Shown here one piece after another: positions 10,824 through 21,655 of a stretch of 248,000 bases of DNA (the stretch's first letter is position 1; every line of letters begins with the position of its first letter). The notes under the pieces are model-generated. The model searched no databases. It was not told the origin of the DNA and saw only the letters and a program-made list of their open reading frames with translations. The translations under genes and the position numbers were made by a program. Source of the DNA: Andalucia godoyi And28 (Eukaryota; Protista; Jakobida); NCBI GenBank assembly GCA_009859145.1, contig VRVR01000022.1, positions 20,001 through 268,000 of the forward strand, written 5' to 3'.

Positions 10824-12404
10824 TCAGATGCCCCAGACGCGACCAAACAAGGACAGCGCAACGATCGGTGCCGGCTTCCACGAGCTGTGACCCACCTGCA
10901 GACATTCGCTGGTTCTCGATTCACTGACTAGGACATCCAGCGCCTCTGGTGGATAAGGAATCGTGCTGTTTCCTGCAAACAGCGGGAAGAACCGAGAAGC
11001 CGCAAAGGACTCGGCGGTGGTGTCGATGCACAGCTTTGCCTTCCTGACAATCGCTTGGGAATGCATCGCACCAGACACTGGACTGCAGTTACCGGCATCC
11101 AGGCACTGCACCAAAGAGCACGATTTCACACAAATCACGCCATTGAACAAGCCGTCCATGGCAACCAATGCATGGGGCTTTGCCGCGTCGATGCGCTCGT
11201 AGGATATGTCCAGGCTGCACTGCACGTCGCCTGCACGGGCACTCAACGATGCTGTCGGGGTGACAATCTTTTGGATATCCATGATCATCGCACCGCACAA
11301 TTCCTGCTGTCGTGGCGACGGCGGCTGCTGCTGCTTCTGCGGCTTCTTGAGCTGCGCTTTCCGAGTCAGAGATACACGAGTCCCGCGAGTGGTGTTGGTG
11401 CTCTGGAAAGAGCTCGCTGAGCTCTCGCGTGGAGGGAAGGCAGGTCGAGGGTTCAAGGGGAGATCAACAATGACCATTTCATCGCGCGGCTCGATTCCTG
11501 AATTGTACGTATAGTCCAGCATTTGACCGCCCGCTCGAAAGACTCCCGATCCCGAGTTGAACCATGACGCGCCAACCGTGCTGACAACAACGTCAATGTC
11601 AAAGTAACGCGCATACGCTTGCCAGAACGGTAACGAAGTGATCACGGGCCCCGTATTCACCCACCATGATGTCACGAGCATTCCCGTGATGTTTCGCTCC
11701 ATCAAGCTCTGAAGCGGATACGGGAACATGATGTCGAAGCACACAAGCATCCCAAACCGTGTGTGCTCATCGGGAGAAAAAACCGTTGGGGTGACCACAG
11801 GAGGCACATCAAACAGCAGCGATTCGGACTTGTACAAGTGCGACTTGAAATACGAAGCAACGATGGTTCCGAAGCTGTCAAACAGCAGAAACGTGTTGTA
11901 CAGCATCTTTGTCCCGGTTTTCGGGTCCATGACGTACGTTGCGAAATCAACGCCCAGATTCACCTTGTACTTTAGTGCCATGCACGAGAGTGCCGGAAGG
12001 GCGTAGAACCGTGCATCTTGGGTGTTCGGAATCGCCTGGATCTCGCTGATTCCTGCACGAGTGTTGAAAAACGGGTCTTGGCATGGATTGATCCCCGAAG
12101 GGGCAACCAACCACTCGGCAAAGTACATCAGTTGGGTGCGATTCAGATTTGCAGAGGATCCATAGAGTCCGTACTCTGGGAAAACCAACAGCTGTGCCGC
12201 GGAATCCTCTGCCCTGCTCAGATACTGGTTATAGTTCTCTAGATTTGTGCGCAACACCGCGCGAGCCGACTCCACATCGGACACCGAAGGATCCGTTTCC
12301 GGCGTGTATTCCACAACCCCAACTTTCAGACTGCTCACAGCATGCACAGCATACGAAGCAAGCAAACAGAGTACAATAAGGCACTTCATGGTCGTCGAAC
12401 CCAT
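10824..12404 (-). CDS. Vanin/biotinidase-like carbon-nitrogen hydrolase, secreted
   Basis: LLVFPEYG, YFKSHLY, FGMLVCFDIMF (E-K-C triad); signal peptide. Confidence 0.85.
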   Translation of the reverse strand: MGSTTMKCLIVLCLLASYAVHAVSSLKVGVVEYTPETDPSVSDVESARAVLRTNLENYNQYLSRAEDSAAQLLVFPEYGLYGSSANLNRTQLMYFAEWLVAPSGINPCQDPFFNTRAGISEIQAIPNTQDARFYALPALSCMALKYKVNLGVDFATYVMDPKTGTKMLYNTFLLFDSFGTIVASYFKSHLYKSESLLFDVPPVVTPTVFSPDEHTRFGMLVCFDIMFPYPLQSLMERNITGMLVTSWWVNTGPVITSLPFWQAYARYFDIDVVVSTVGASWFNSGSGVFRAGGQMLDYTYNSGIEPRDEMVIVDLPLNPRPAFPPRESSASSFQSTNTTRGTRVSLTRKAQLKKPQKQQQPPSPRQQELCGAMIMDIQKIVTPTASLSARAGDVQCSLDISYERIDAAKPHALVAMDGLFNGVICVKSCSLVQCLDAGNCSPVSGAMHSQAIVRKAKLCIDTTAESFAASRFFPLFAGNSTIPYPPEALDVLVSESRTSECLQVGHSSWKPAPIVALSLFGRVWGI

Positions 12405-12773
12405 TCCAAAGCAAACACACCAACAACAGCAGCAAAGACGCAAAGACGCAAAGACGCAAAGACGCAAAGACGCAAGGCAAGAAGAATGAACGAGGAAAAT
12501 GAAAAAAAACGATGATCGGGAATTTCGATGTCGGGAAATTTACCCAAAGTGTGTGGGCACGCACAATCAACTGATGCTGCGGGATAGGATCGAGTCCGTC
12601 CTTCGAACACTCTCCGCAGTTCCCGCACAGGTTCGACTTTGTCTTTTTGGACGAGCAACTTGCTCGACGCTGGACACCACCCAGCCCAGTGCCCTTCCAC
12701 TGTTTCATCTCTCCGCTGCTCTCGGCTTTTGAATTATTCGGCCGTTGCGTTGGATGGCTGCTCGGCTTCAGTG

Positions 12774-13733
12774 ATGAGTGGAACGGTACTTGTTCTGTTG
12801 ATAGCGCTGGGTGTTGGGTTTTCGGCAGTACGCTCGGAGCCTGTCATTCCTCAGCAGTTTTACGCTGTCCTGAGCGGAGTCGATTTCGGGTACGTTGATT
12901 CCTGGTTTGTCGAGCATGTGTCTGCTCTTCTCTGGCTGTCCAAGTACTCGTCATATTTGTGTGCTAACCGTGATTTGTCTGTTTGTCTGTCTGTCTGTTT
13001 GTTTGTTTGTTTGCTCGCTTGCTTGCTTGCTTGTGTGTGTGTGTGTGTGCAGGACACCCTGGAATGGAACAAAGTACTTTGACGGAGTGAACAAGCGGTT
13101 CCGATTCGACTGGTTTTCAGGGGAGAAAGCATCCGTGTCCATTGCACGATACGATGTGCTGGACAATCAAGGCTGGGGAAAGCTCTTCGCATACTGCAAG
13201 CTGATCGACGTCTGTCAGTATGAGCCGGTTGAGCCGCCGATGAGCTCGGTCGGAAATCTTACGGGTGCTGAATTCAAGGGAATAGTTGAGGTGCGAGGAC
13301 TCCAGACGGAGCACTGGCAGTTCCCGTACAGCTCGCCTCCAGAATATTGGGCTGTCTATGACTACTATGTACAAGAAGTGCATCCGCATGTCTTCTTCTG
13401 GGTTTTTTCCTTTTTTTTTTAATTAATTTAATTTAATCACGCCCTGCCATCTGTTCTTTCTTCTGTTTATCACGGTAACATGTATGCTAACCATCGATAC
13501 CGTTGAGCTCATTTGGCTCGTCCGTTTTTTGATGTCCTGCATTACAGAGATGTGTATTTTCCAGTCCAATTTACATACCATGGATACGACGGTGCGTATG
13601 AGGTTGATTGGCTGCATTTTGAAATAGATACAAAACTGCCAGAGAGCGTTTTTGAACCAGAGCAATCGTATGTTTTGTGCAGCATTCTTCATTAATCTAC
13701 CAACGTTTGATGTTGTAGAATTCAAATGCTGAT
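12774..13733 (+). CDS. Ependymin-related secreted protein, probably 4 exons
   Basis: Signal peptide then PVIPQQF; exon 2 KYFDGVNKRFRFD..C..C..FKGIVEVRGLQTEHW; GTACGT, GTGCAT and GTATGT donors; ends ..FKC. Confidence 0.55.
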
Positions 13734-14109
13734 GTCCTTTGTGGAACTTGGGGAATAGTTGGCCAGCTTGCGAACCGCTGTCCACACTCGCCCCTGAAAA
13801 GGCAAAGAAGGGCCGGTTGGATGATGACGTCGCCGAGCAACATCGTGGGCTGAGCAAACTCGTTGCCCTCGGTGCCAAAGACTACTTGTGAGCACGCACT
13901 CGAGCAGCGATGGGTCTTTATTGTACTTTTGACTCTCTGCGGATCGCAAATGAAGAGGAACAACAACAACAACAACAACAATAATAATAATAATAATAAT
14001 TAAAAAGGCAGCGTTCTAAGTTAAGAAAATAGGGTTTCGGAAGGTCTACGTCTACTGAAAGAACATTCCTGCAATCCTTTACGGCGAATCTGGAATCTCA
14101 TCAAAGACA

Positions 14110-14620
14110 TTAATTAAAGAACCGTGTGCAGGTCACAAGGAAACTGCAAAAAGACCCAAAGGACGGAGGACCATGATGCTCTCTCCTCGCAGCCTCTGGA
14201 AACAAGTCCAGAAAGAACTGTCGGGGTTCCTCGGAATCGCACCCAAACAGCTGAACTGGGTAGCAATTGGCAGATCCCCAAACGGGCTGCTTCCTTGTCA
14301 AAGGCCCCGCTGGGTATGCATCCACAAGGATTTTCAGTACCTCGGCATCCACCGGTGCATTGTCGCACGCATGGTGGATCAGCAGACTTCCAGAACTGTC
14401 AGATTCTCCTGCAGCCGATGGATTCACAGCGACCAACATCCGCACGATCCGCGTGTCCGCGGCTGTCTTTACAAAAAGCACTTGTCTCCACGGAGAAACG
14501 GCCAGGTGCAGCGCACGTTGTTGCTGGAAAGCATGCACTTTGGAAGGTGCCTTCTGGATAAGCTGCGAGGGTCGAAGCGTTGCACATTCTTTTTCGCGTC
14601 AAGAGCCCGATGCAAAAACA
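14110..14620 (-). pseudogene. Degenerate ankyrin-repeat fragment
   Basis: ALHLAVS, LIHHACDN..LKILVDAYPAG; upstream LAAYPEG unit lies in a different frame. Confidence 0.45.
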
Positions 14621-14882
14621 GCTATACTGCTTGCCAGCCGCCCGCCAGCCTGCCAGTTTGTTCGGGTTGCTGGCTTTTGTGTGCTGATTTAGCCAACGCT
14701 TGCATCGTCCCAGCAGTTCACAACCATCAACCACTGCCTATTTATTCTACACTCTACAACTGTGTCTTTTGTGTCCTGCGACCGGCGCCCTGCGACCTGC
14801 TTCACACCGAGAAAACTCCGCAGTCATCCAATCCAAAAGAATATTTAAAAAAGACTTGAACAACCCGCATGCCAGACACGCA

Positions 14883-17777
14883 TTACAATAGGCTATTGTG
14901 CTTAAGAACTCGCTTGATAAATGCGGAGCCTCGAATGGAAGAATTGGCAGATCCGCTAAACGAAGAGGCGTGCGATGCAACAGAACTGGAAGAGCGGAAG
15001 GTGCTCTGCAGATCACTCTCTTCGGATCGCACCTCGTTGGCTGCATTTTGCCGTCGATCAATAAAAGCAAACGTGCCTTCTCGGTCTCTCCTCTCTGCTT
15101 CCAACTCCAACAGCTCCTCTTCAGACATCTTCTGATCGGCCTTGCCAAACATGCCGTCCGGATGAGCGGCGCGCCCTTTCACAGGATCGAAAGAGAGGTT
15201 CTTTGGCCCGTTCTTCGGCGAAACCGGCTGCAAAGGCCCAACTTTGGCAAAAAAGGGCGCTCGGCTCTTCTTCTTTTCTGGATCAAAAACCTTTGCTTGA
15301 TCAGGATCGGAAGACAGCAACGGCGATCGTGGCTTTGCATCGTCTTCAGTATCCTTGCGAATCGTGATGAACTTCGGCACATTGCTCACAGCGGGAAGTG
15401 GCGAGCCTTTTTGTGGAGACCGCGAGCGCCCAGGTGCTGTGCGAGCCCGGAGGGCTGGTGCAGCACCGTCCATCAGCGTGTCGAACACGTGATCGGGGAC
15501 AGTCTCGACCTTGGCTTTCATGACTGCGCCGGCAAATTCTCGCTGGAAACGTGCCGCCCATTCAGCTTTCAAAAACTGCAAGCGGGGGCGATACTTCTTG
15601 GCAAAACTGAAAAACGTATCCTTGTACGGAGACGGAACGTGCACCCAGCATTCTCTCATTGTCAAGATACGCGGCGCAGAATGACGTTTGGGACCGAGCG
15701 ATTCGTCCTGAGCGACAGTGCTGCAGGACACCAAAGACGGCGTGTCATCGCTAAAAAAGAACCCATCGTCCTCCATAGCAGCAAAGCATTCCGTGTACAG
15801 CTGAACCGACGACCGCAGATCTTCCCGCTCGTCCGCTATGATCGCCTCCTCAATCTTCCGCATCAAACACCCGACATATCTGTACGCGCGCTCCTCGTTT
15901 CGCATTTGCTTGAACGTAACATCCTCTATCCACTTCTGCTTCTGCATCATGAGTTGCTTTCGGAAAGCATGGTTGTCAAACTTTTCCGCCTTGCGCAGAA
16001 TGTCATGTGCGCGAACAGTGGCACGGAACTCTTGCAGCATTCCCTGCTGCTGCTCACGCAAATGTCGTGCGTACTCCGTGTACTCGCCTCTACCATTTTC
16101 TGATTCCGTGGCCTCTGAACTCGTGTCGGGATGCTCCGCTTCTTCCATTTCCTTTTCCTTCTCCGCTTGCAGTGTTTTCAATTTGGGAACGATGTGCTTC
16201 ACCCAGGAAATGCGCCACTGCGGATACACTTGCACCGTGGGGCTCGTCTTGTCCAGAAAGAAGTCCACGAGAGGAGACCTAGAGTACACATCAAACACGG
16301 TGGTTTCGGTGCGATACAGTTGCTTCACCAGCGGTCGGTCGAATACCTTGGTTGATCCTGCAGCATACCATTTACTGACGCCGGAAGACGTTCCTGGTCT
16401 TGAGGGCTTACGCACGGACAGCTGAGACTGAATCGTGACCGCGGAAACAACAGATCGGGGAGAGAGAGCAGTCGAACGAGGCGACGTAGAGGTGAAGGGG
16501 TCGGGAGATGACGCATCGGCCGTCGCGGAGCCCGGTTGGACAGATGCCGCAACACCCATAAACGACCTCGAATACATCCGATTGTGGATCGATTTCGACT
16601 TTTCCTTTTCGTCCATTTCCATTGTTTTCAGTTTTTTGTGCAGTTTCTTGAAGGCAAACTTTTTGGTTTCCTCTTCTGATTCGGCGTTGTCCGCCACGTT
16701 CAGGAACCTCCGCGGTTCTTCGTAATCTGGGTGGGACGGATCGGACAGCGCATCGACAGAGGATCGTGGAATCATGTTGGCTCGCAGGGACCGATCCCCA
16801 AGGGATAGCAAATCACCAGAACCGCTGGCCCTCGAAGACGTCCTGTTGGATCCAGTCGCATCTGACTGCGCGCTACCTCCGCGGCTCGGCCGTCTTTCCA
16901 TCACTGGTTCTGATAGCATGTCCGAGGTGGATGCTGTGTTCTTCATCATATTCGAAAGCTGGAGCGCTCTCTTTGCTCGTTTCCACGACTCCTTGCCCTC
17001 CTGAATGACCCGCTTCAGCGTTGGCACAATGCGCTCCGTCGACTTCCAGTGGCTATAGGCAGGCTCCGGAGGCACCATCCCCGTCATCCACACGCTCACA
17101 GTTCTTGATATTAGAATCTTGAACTGATCATTGTCGAAAATTGACTTGGTCATTGGGAAACAGATTGTAAATCCCGTGAAGATGCTTTGCGAAACCACGT
17201 CCGGAAAGAATTTGAGCACCGGGTCACGCGACCGGGTATCCAGGCTGAGGAACGCTGCACAGTACGAATGCGCCATTCTCAGAAAGAGATGTTCTTGTTC
17301 CTTGGCCACATTAGAAATGCTGTGGATGGACGGAAGTTCCAATGCCGACGACATGTCCAAAAAGAACCACCAAAACGACGACGCATAGAACGCCTCGACA
17401 GGCTTTGAAAACAGAAAGTTCCTGAACGTATCGCGCACAGTAGACCTCTCGCTCTTGAACTCCATGTGCACGAAAATGTCCCTGAAGATCGGGACGGGCG
17501 AGATCCCATGTGGAAGACATAGAGCTTCGCTGAAGTTCAGCGAGTGCGACAGGTCCACAGGAAAGGCGTGCTCCTCCAGACGGCCCGTTCGCGTCGTGAT
17601 AATCAACCTTGGATACACATTCTCGCCCTTTGCAGATGCTTCCGGCTCCAGCTCTGCGACTCCAGCACTTGGTCGGACATCCAGCCGAGACGCAGCCTCA
17701 ATCCCCTCTGAGAACGGATTCGGCATCACTGCCTCCTCGACCTCAGCCTCAGTCAATGCAAACACACCCGACATCAT
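14883..17777 (-). CDS. FAM227-family protein
   Basis: SSFWWFFL, LFLRMAHSY, LKFFPDVVSQSIF..F..CFP, ISRTVSVWMTG. Confidence 0.7.
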   Translation of the reverse strand: MMSGVFALTEAEVEEAVMPNPFSEGIEAASRLDVRPSAGVAELEPEASAKGENVYPRLIITTRTGRLEEHAFPVDLSHSLNFSEALCLPHGISPVPIFRDIFVHMEFKSERSTVRDTFRNFLFSKPVEAFYASSFWWFFLDMSSALELPSIHSISNVAKEQEHLFLRMAHSYCAAFLSLDTRSRDPVLKFFPDVVSQSIFTGFTICFPMTKSIFDNDQFKILISRTVSVWMTGMVPPEPAYSHWKSTERIVPTLKRVIQEGKESWKRAKRALQLSNMMKNTASTSDMLSEPVMERRPSRGGSAQSDATGSNRTSSRASGSGDLLSLGDRSLRANMIPRSSVDALSDPSHPDYEEPRRFLNVADNAESEEETKKFAFKKLHKKLKTMEMDEKEKSKSIHNRMYSRSFMGVAASVQPGSATADASSPDPFTSTSPRSTALSPRSVVSAVTIQSQLSVRKPSRPGTSSGVSKWYAAGSTKVFDRPLVKQLYRTETTVFDVYSRSPLVDFFLDKTSPTVQVYPQWRISWVKHIVPKLKTLQAEKEKEMEEAEHPDTSSEATESENGRGEYTEYARHLREQQQGMLQEFRATVRAHDILRKAEKFDNHAFRKQLMMQKQKWIEDVTFKQMRNEERAYRYVGCLMRKIEEAIIADEREDLRSSVQLYTECFAAMEDDGFFFSDDTPSLVSCSTVAQDESLGPKRHSAPRILTMRECWVHVPSPYKDTFFSFAKKYRPRLQFLKAEWAARFQREFAGAVMKAKVETVPDHVFDTLMDGAAPALRARTAPGRSRSPQKGSPLPAVSNVPKFITIRKDTEDDAKPRSPLLSSDPDQAKVFDPEKKKSRAPFFAKVGPLQPVSPKNGPKNLSFDPVKGRAAHPDGMFGKADQKMSEEELLELEAERRDREGTFAFIDRRQNAANEVRSEESDLQSTFRSSSSVASHASSFSGSANSSIRGSAFIKRVLKHNSLL

Positions 17778-18189
17778 CGTCCACCTCCACGCATCCAACA
17801 ATATATATCAATACACAATAACCGCAATAGCAATAACAGCCTCTGGCTGCATAAATAAATATGGTACAACACTCGTAAAATACAAAATATGATAATAATA
17901 ATAATAATAATAATAATAATAGTAATACAAATGGACGTTGACTCGGGATTCCTCTTCAACAATGAATGAACGAAGACAAAGCTTTTAATAAAATAGTAAT
18001 TATTCAGAGGTTTTGAAAGGAACGCAACAGTCGGTTCAGCTGCGACATAACTGCTGCTGCTCTGTTTCGAGAGCAGTGTCTCACGTGATGCTACAATGGT
18101 GGGGACTTTTTTTGTTCCAGTCGTAGATGTGCGTGAAAGGGAAGGAAACAAAAGGAAAATGAGAGGATGTTTGGGTGTGCGGGTGTGTG

Positions 18190-18239
<50 letters not shown>

Positions 18240-18266
18240 TATGCGTTGAATGAGAGGTGAGGGTTC

Positions 18267-20537
18267 ATGAATGAAGAGTGGGAGTACAAGACAGAAGCGT
18301 TCCTTGGGAAAGGCGCGTTTGGAGAAGTCCACAAGGTATATGTTCCGCATCTTGGCCGGTGTTTTGCAGTGAAGATCCTGGAGCTTGGCGGGAATGTGCA
18401 GTCCATTGAGCAGGCTCCGAGCACGGTCAAGCAGGAAATAAGTCTTATGTGCTCGCTTGTCCATCCGCACATTGTAAGATTGGAGAATTTCCAGTTTCAC
18501 TTCCAGTCCAACGAGGACCTCCTCAGGAGTTTGAAATTGCAGCAACAGCAGCAACATCTGCAGCAACAGCAAGGCCAGATGCTGAGTTCGAGCATGGTTA
18601 GCGAGCTGCTGGGAAAGAGATCCAAGGCATTTCTGTTTCTCGAGTATGTTCCAGGACAGACACTTTCAGGCATGCTTGCCAAGTACGGACCGCTCCCGCT
18701 GGCTGTGATGAAGCGACAGCTGCGACAACTGTGCTCTGCGTTGCACTACATGCATGTGCGACACATTGTGCACCGGGACTTGAAGCCCGCAAACATCATT
18801 ATCCATGACTCCGATGGAGGCGTGAAGCTTACGGACTTGGGGATTTCGCGATCTGTGCAATCAACATTGGCAGGCTCAGAGACAAAGGGTCATGTGCCTG
18901 CTGGGACGCCGGCATACATGGCCCCTGAGTTACTGCGGGCTAGATCATACTGCACCCGCACAGACATATGGGCGCTCGGTTGTGTAGCATTGGAGATGGC
19001 TTCTGCACGGTCCCCCTACCACGATCTCGACAACATGTATGCAATCCTATTTCGCATCGCCGCAGCCCACAAGCCCAGCAAACCGCAAAATCATCCGTAT
19101 GGACTCGAGTTTGATGAATTCCTCGATGTCTGTTGGAATCCAGATCCAGCTGGAAGGCCGTCTGCCTTGGACCTGCTCGTCAAGCATCCGTTTCTGCGGC
19201 TTGCAGACGGTGAATCTGACGAGTTTGTGCGACGCACCGTGCAGGATTCTGTGTTTGGATCCCGCGTTGTGCGGTCCATTTCCGTCACAAATTCAAATCC
19301 AGCCGTTTCTCCCACTCCTGTGTGTCCAGCTCCAGTTTCTCCGGCCAGCAGCTTGAACACGGTCGATGCGAAGGCTTCCAGCGTTTCCAGCTCTCCGATG
19401 GCGGCCTCAAGTCCCGTCCCCGTCGGCTCCTGTTTCCGAGTCTATTCAAGCAAGCACAACAACACGATCCTTGCGATTGGCTGTTTGCAAGGCCATCTGT
19501 GTCGATCCGTCTCGTACCAAGTGTCCGCAACCTCGCGTCATTTCCCCTCCGTTCTGGCAGTCGAAAAGTGCAACATACGGGACTTTTCAGCGGAATCTGT
19601 CCGATTTGTCGTGGCAGCTCTCGAGAAACTGGCGCTTCGCACGTTCTCCTCCGCGACATCATTTGCAGAACCACAGACCTGGTTCACGGCGGAGACGCTG
19701 TGCAAGTATCTGCCGTCTGCGGATGACCGGTCGATTTCATTGCTGATGATCTGTGCACCCGACTTGACGGCCCGGTCCCTTCTCGACAACCTGTCATGGC
19801 TTCTTGAGCCGTGTTTGGAATGCTTTTCGTCCTCGTTACCGTCTGCGCACGATCATCGCTCGTCATTTGGAGCAGCCGGCTCCTCAGTTCCCCACAGATT
19901 GCGCATCTTGCTGTTGGTCAAGGACAGCCTTCCAAGAGACGTTATTCGCACCTCTGGCATTTCAACGATTGATTTTCCGGTCGATTCAAACGTAGGAGAC
20001 AGTTCCCCGGATATTGCAAAGTTTTCGCTGCGGCTGTTTGCCGATCCGGTGGTTCTGCGGAGTGCGCCAGTCGCGTCGAATTTCCCACTTCCCGCAGGCT
20101 CGGAAGGACTTTCGACCTCTGCAACAAGTTCTGTGTCAACCTCCGTCAGCTCCGACAGCCCGCGGTCGGTTTCCTCGTCGGTTTCCTCGCAGAATTTGAC
20201 ATCTCCCGACGGCCCCATGTTTGTCCTTGAGCAAACCTCGGACGTGCATGTCCGAATACGAGGCAGGCTGGACGGGACACCCGTAACATTCGCTGCCTTC
20301 TTCCCTCCATCCACCAGGATCCAGGATGTCAGCGATGCTCTGCAACAAGCGTGTCGCGGAACTTCATTCTCCAGTAACATTCGTGTGCGCCTACGATCTG
20401 CCTTATCCGCGACATCGGTGTCTGGATTTCGATTAGACGATGCTTTCTTATCTCCATTGCTGAAGCTCTCCGACATCCTCTCGCTCTACACATCGCCCGA
20501 CGCCGTCCCGACTGTCGACTTTTCCATCGTGCTCTAA
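18267..20537 (+). CDS. STE11/MAP3K-like Ser/Thr kinase
   Basis: LGKGAFGEV, HRDLKPAN, DLG, GTPAYMAPE, DIWALGC. Confidence 0.9.
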   Translation: MNEEWEYKTEAFLGKGAFGEVHKVYVPHLGRCFAVKILELGGNVQSIEQAPSTVKQEISLMCSLVHPHIVRLENFQFHFQSNEDLLRSLKLQQQQQHLQQQQGQMLSSSMVSELLGKRSKAFLFLEYVPGQTLSGMLAKYGPLPLAVMKRQLRQLCSALHYMHVRHIVHRDLKPANIIIHDSDGGVKLTDLGISRSVQSTLAGSETKGHVPAGTPAYMAPELLRARSYCTRTDIWALGCVALEMASARSPYHDLDNMYAILFRIAAAHKPSKPQNHPYGLEFDEFLDVCWNPDPAGRPSALDLLVKHPFLRLADGESDEFVRRTVQDSVFGSRVVRSISVTNSNPAVSPTPVCPAPVSPASSLNTVDAKASSVSSSPMAASSPVPVGSCFRVYSSKHNNTILAIGCLQGHLCRSVSYQVSATSRHFPSVLAVEKCNIRDFSAESVRFVVAALEKLALRTFSSATSFAEPQTWFTAETLCKYLPSADDRSISLLMICAPDLTARSLLDNLSWLLEPCLECFSSSLPSAHDHRSSFGAAGSSVPHRLRILLLVKDSLPRDVIRTSGISTIDFPVDSNVGDSSPDIAKFSLRLFADPVVLRSAPVASNFPLPAGSEGLSTSATSSVSTSVSSDSPRSVSSSVSSQNLTSPDGPMFVLEQTSDVHVRIRGRLDGTPVTFAAFFPPSTRIQDVSDALQQACRGTSFSSNIRVRLRSALSATSVSGFRLDDAFLSPLLKLSDILSLYTSPDAVPTVDFSIVL

Positions 20538-20634
20538 AAACAGCGGTGGTGAAGAAGAGAAACACGACTTCACCTGCTGTACGATCCCAAATCTTAGACT
20601 CACTTGATGCTTTCGTGTCCCTTCCTCTTGCAAC

Positions 20635-21143
20635 AGCTGCCACTTATTGCGATATGATGAAGCAATCCAAAGCGCACGTTTAAACAAAAAACACTGCCAC
20701 GCGCCATGCGCATGCGTTTGCTATCTTAAGCAACTCCGTCACACGATGCCTGATTCGTTTCGCCCCCATTTTGATCATGAAATCCCTATAAACACGCCGC
20801 CGCGTTGCATTCTCGCACAGCGACGCTCATTACTTATTCTCTTTTTTATTTTTTATTGTCCATGCAACGCTGCGCAAGACCCATGGCATCTCCACCGACG
20901 CTGGGCCGCCGCCAGGGAAGATCGCCAAGGCGACAACGACGTGGCAGATGTTGACACGGGGCCATTATCAATTCCAACAGCGGCAGGTGTCGATTGTGAC
21001 TTGTGACGGAGGTGTACGCGTCTGAAACGTGCGGCCGCTGCGGGGAAATCCATCGCAAGTTGTATGAAAACAAGGTGTTGGGTTGCAACATTGATCATGG
21101 GTGATCAGCGATGATTATCCGTGGTTAGTGTACAATGTAGGCG
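20635..21143 (+). mobile_element. Non-autonomous Fanzor2 element, family B copy 1
   Basis: Left end GCTGCCACTTATTGCG; relic GKIAKATT..MLTRGHYQFQQR..VTEVYASETCGRCGEIH; right end GTGTACAATGTAGGCG. Confidence 0.85.
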
Positions 21144-21176
21144 CTCGGCAAAGACGTGAATCATCATACTGTAAGA

Positions 21177-21297
21177 GATCATCGGCTAAGCTGTTTTCGT
21201 TTTTATTTGGGCCGATCACCAACGCTTTCAATGCAGATCGCACTGCATCAAAGGGGCATCGCAACCACGAGTTTCTTGGTGCTCGGTATCTTCGAAA
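21177..21297 (-). repeat. Dispersed repeat E copy 1 (possible Fanzor REC-region fragment)
   Basis: Homologous to 48745-48930 and 140790-140970; reads NSWLRCPFDAVRSAL. Confidence 0.6.
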
Positions 21298-21655
21298 AAG
21301 AACGGAAAGAAAAGAAAAGAAAGTGAAGCACGAAGAAATTCTAGACTTGATTACGGTAGGAAAAACTGCGTTCTCATAGGGTTAGTACGGTAGGTGAAAG
21401 GAAAAAAACTTCCGATATGATACTGTTGCAAAAAACGCGGTCAACCGTTTCTCGTCTCGAATCAACGACTAATTCCTGTCTTTCGTTTCCGGGAAAAAGA
21501 AAACCACGATTTCCGTGTTTCTTGATTTTACTCTTTTGATTTTCGTTTCCTGCTTTTTGAACTTTGAAATCTTTTTATTATTATTGTTGTTGGTTTTTGT
21601 TAGAGTTACTTTTATTATTTTTAAATTTAAAACAAAAGCATCAAGTCAGAGGGAG

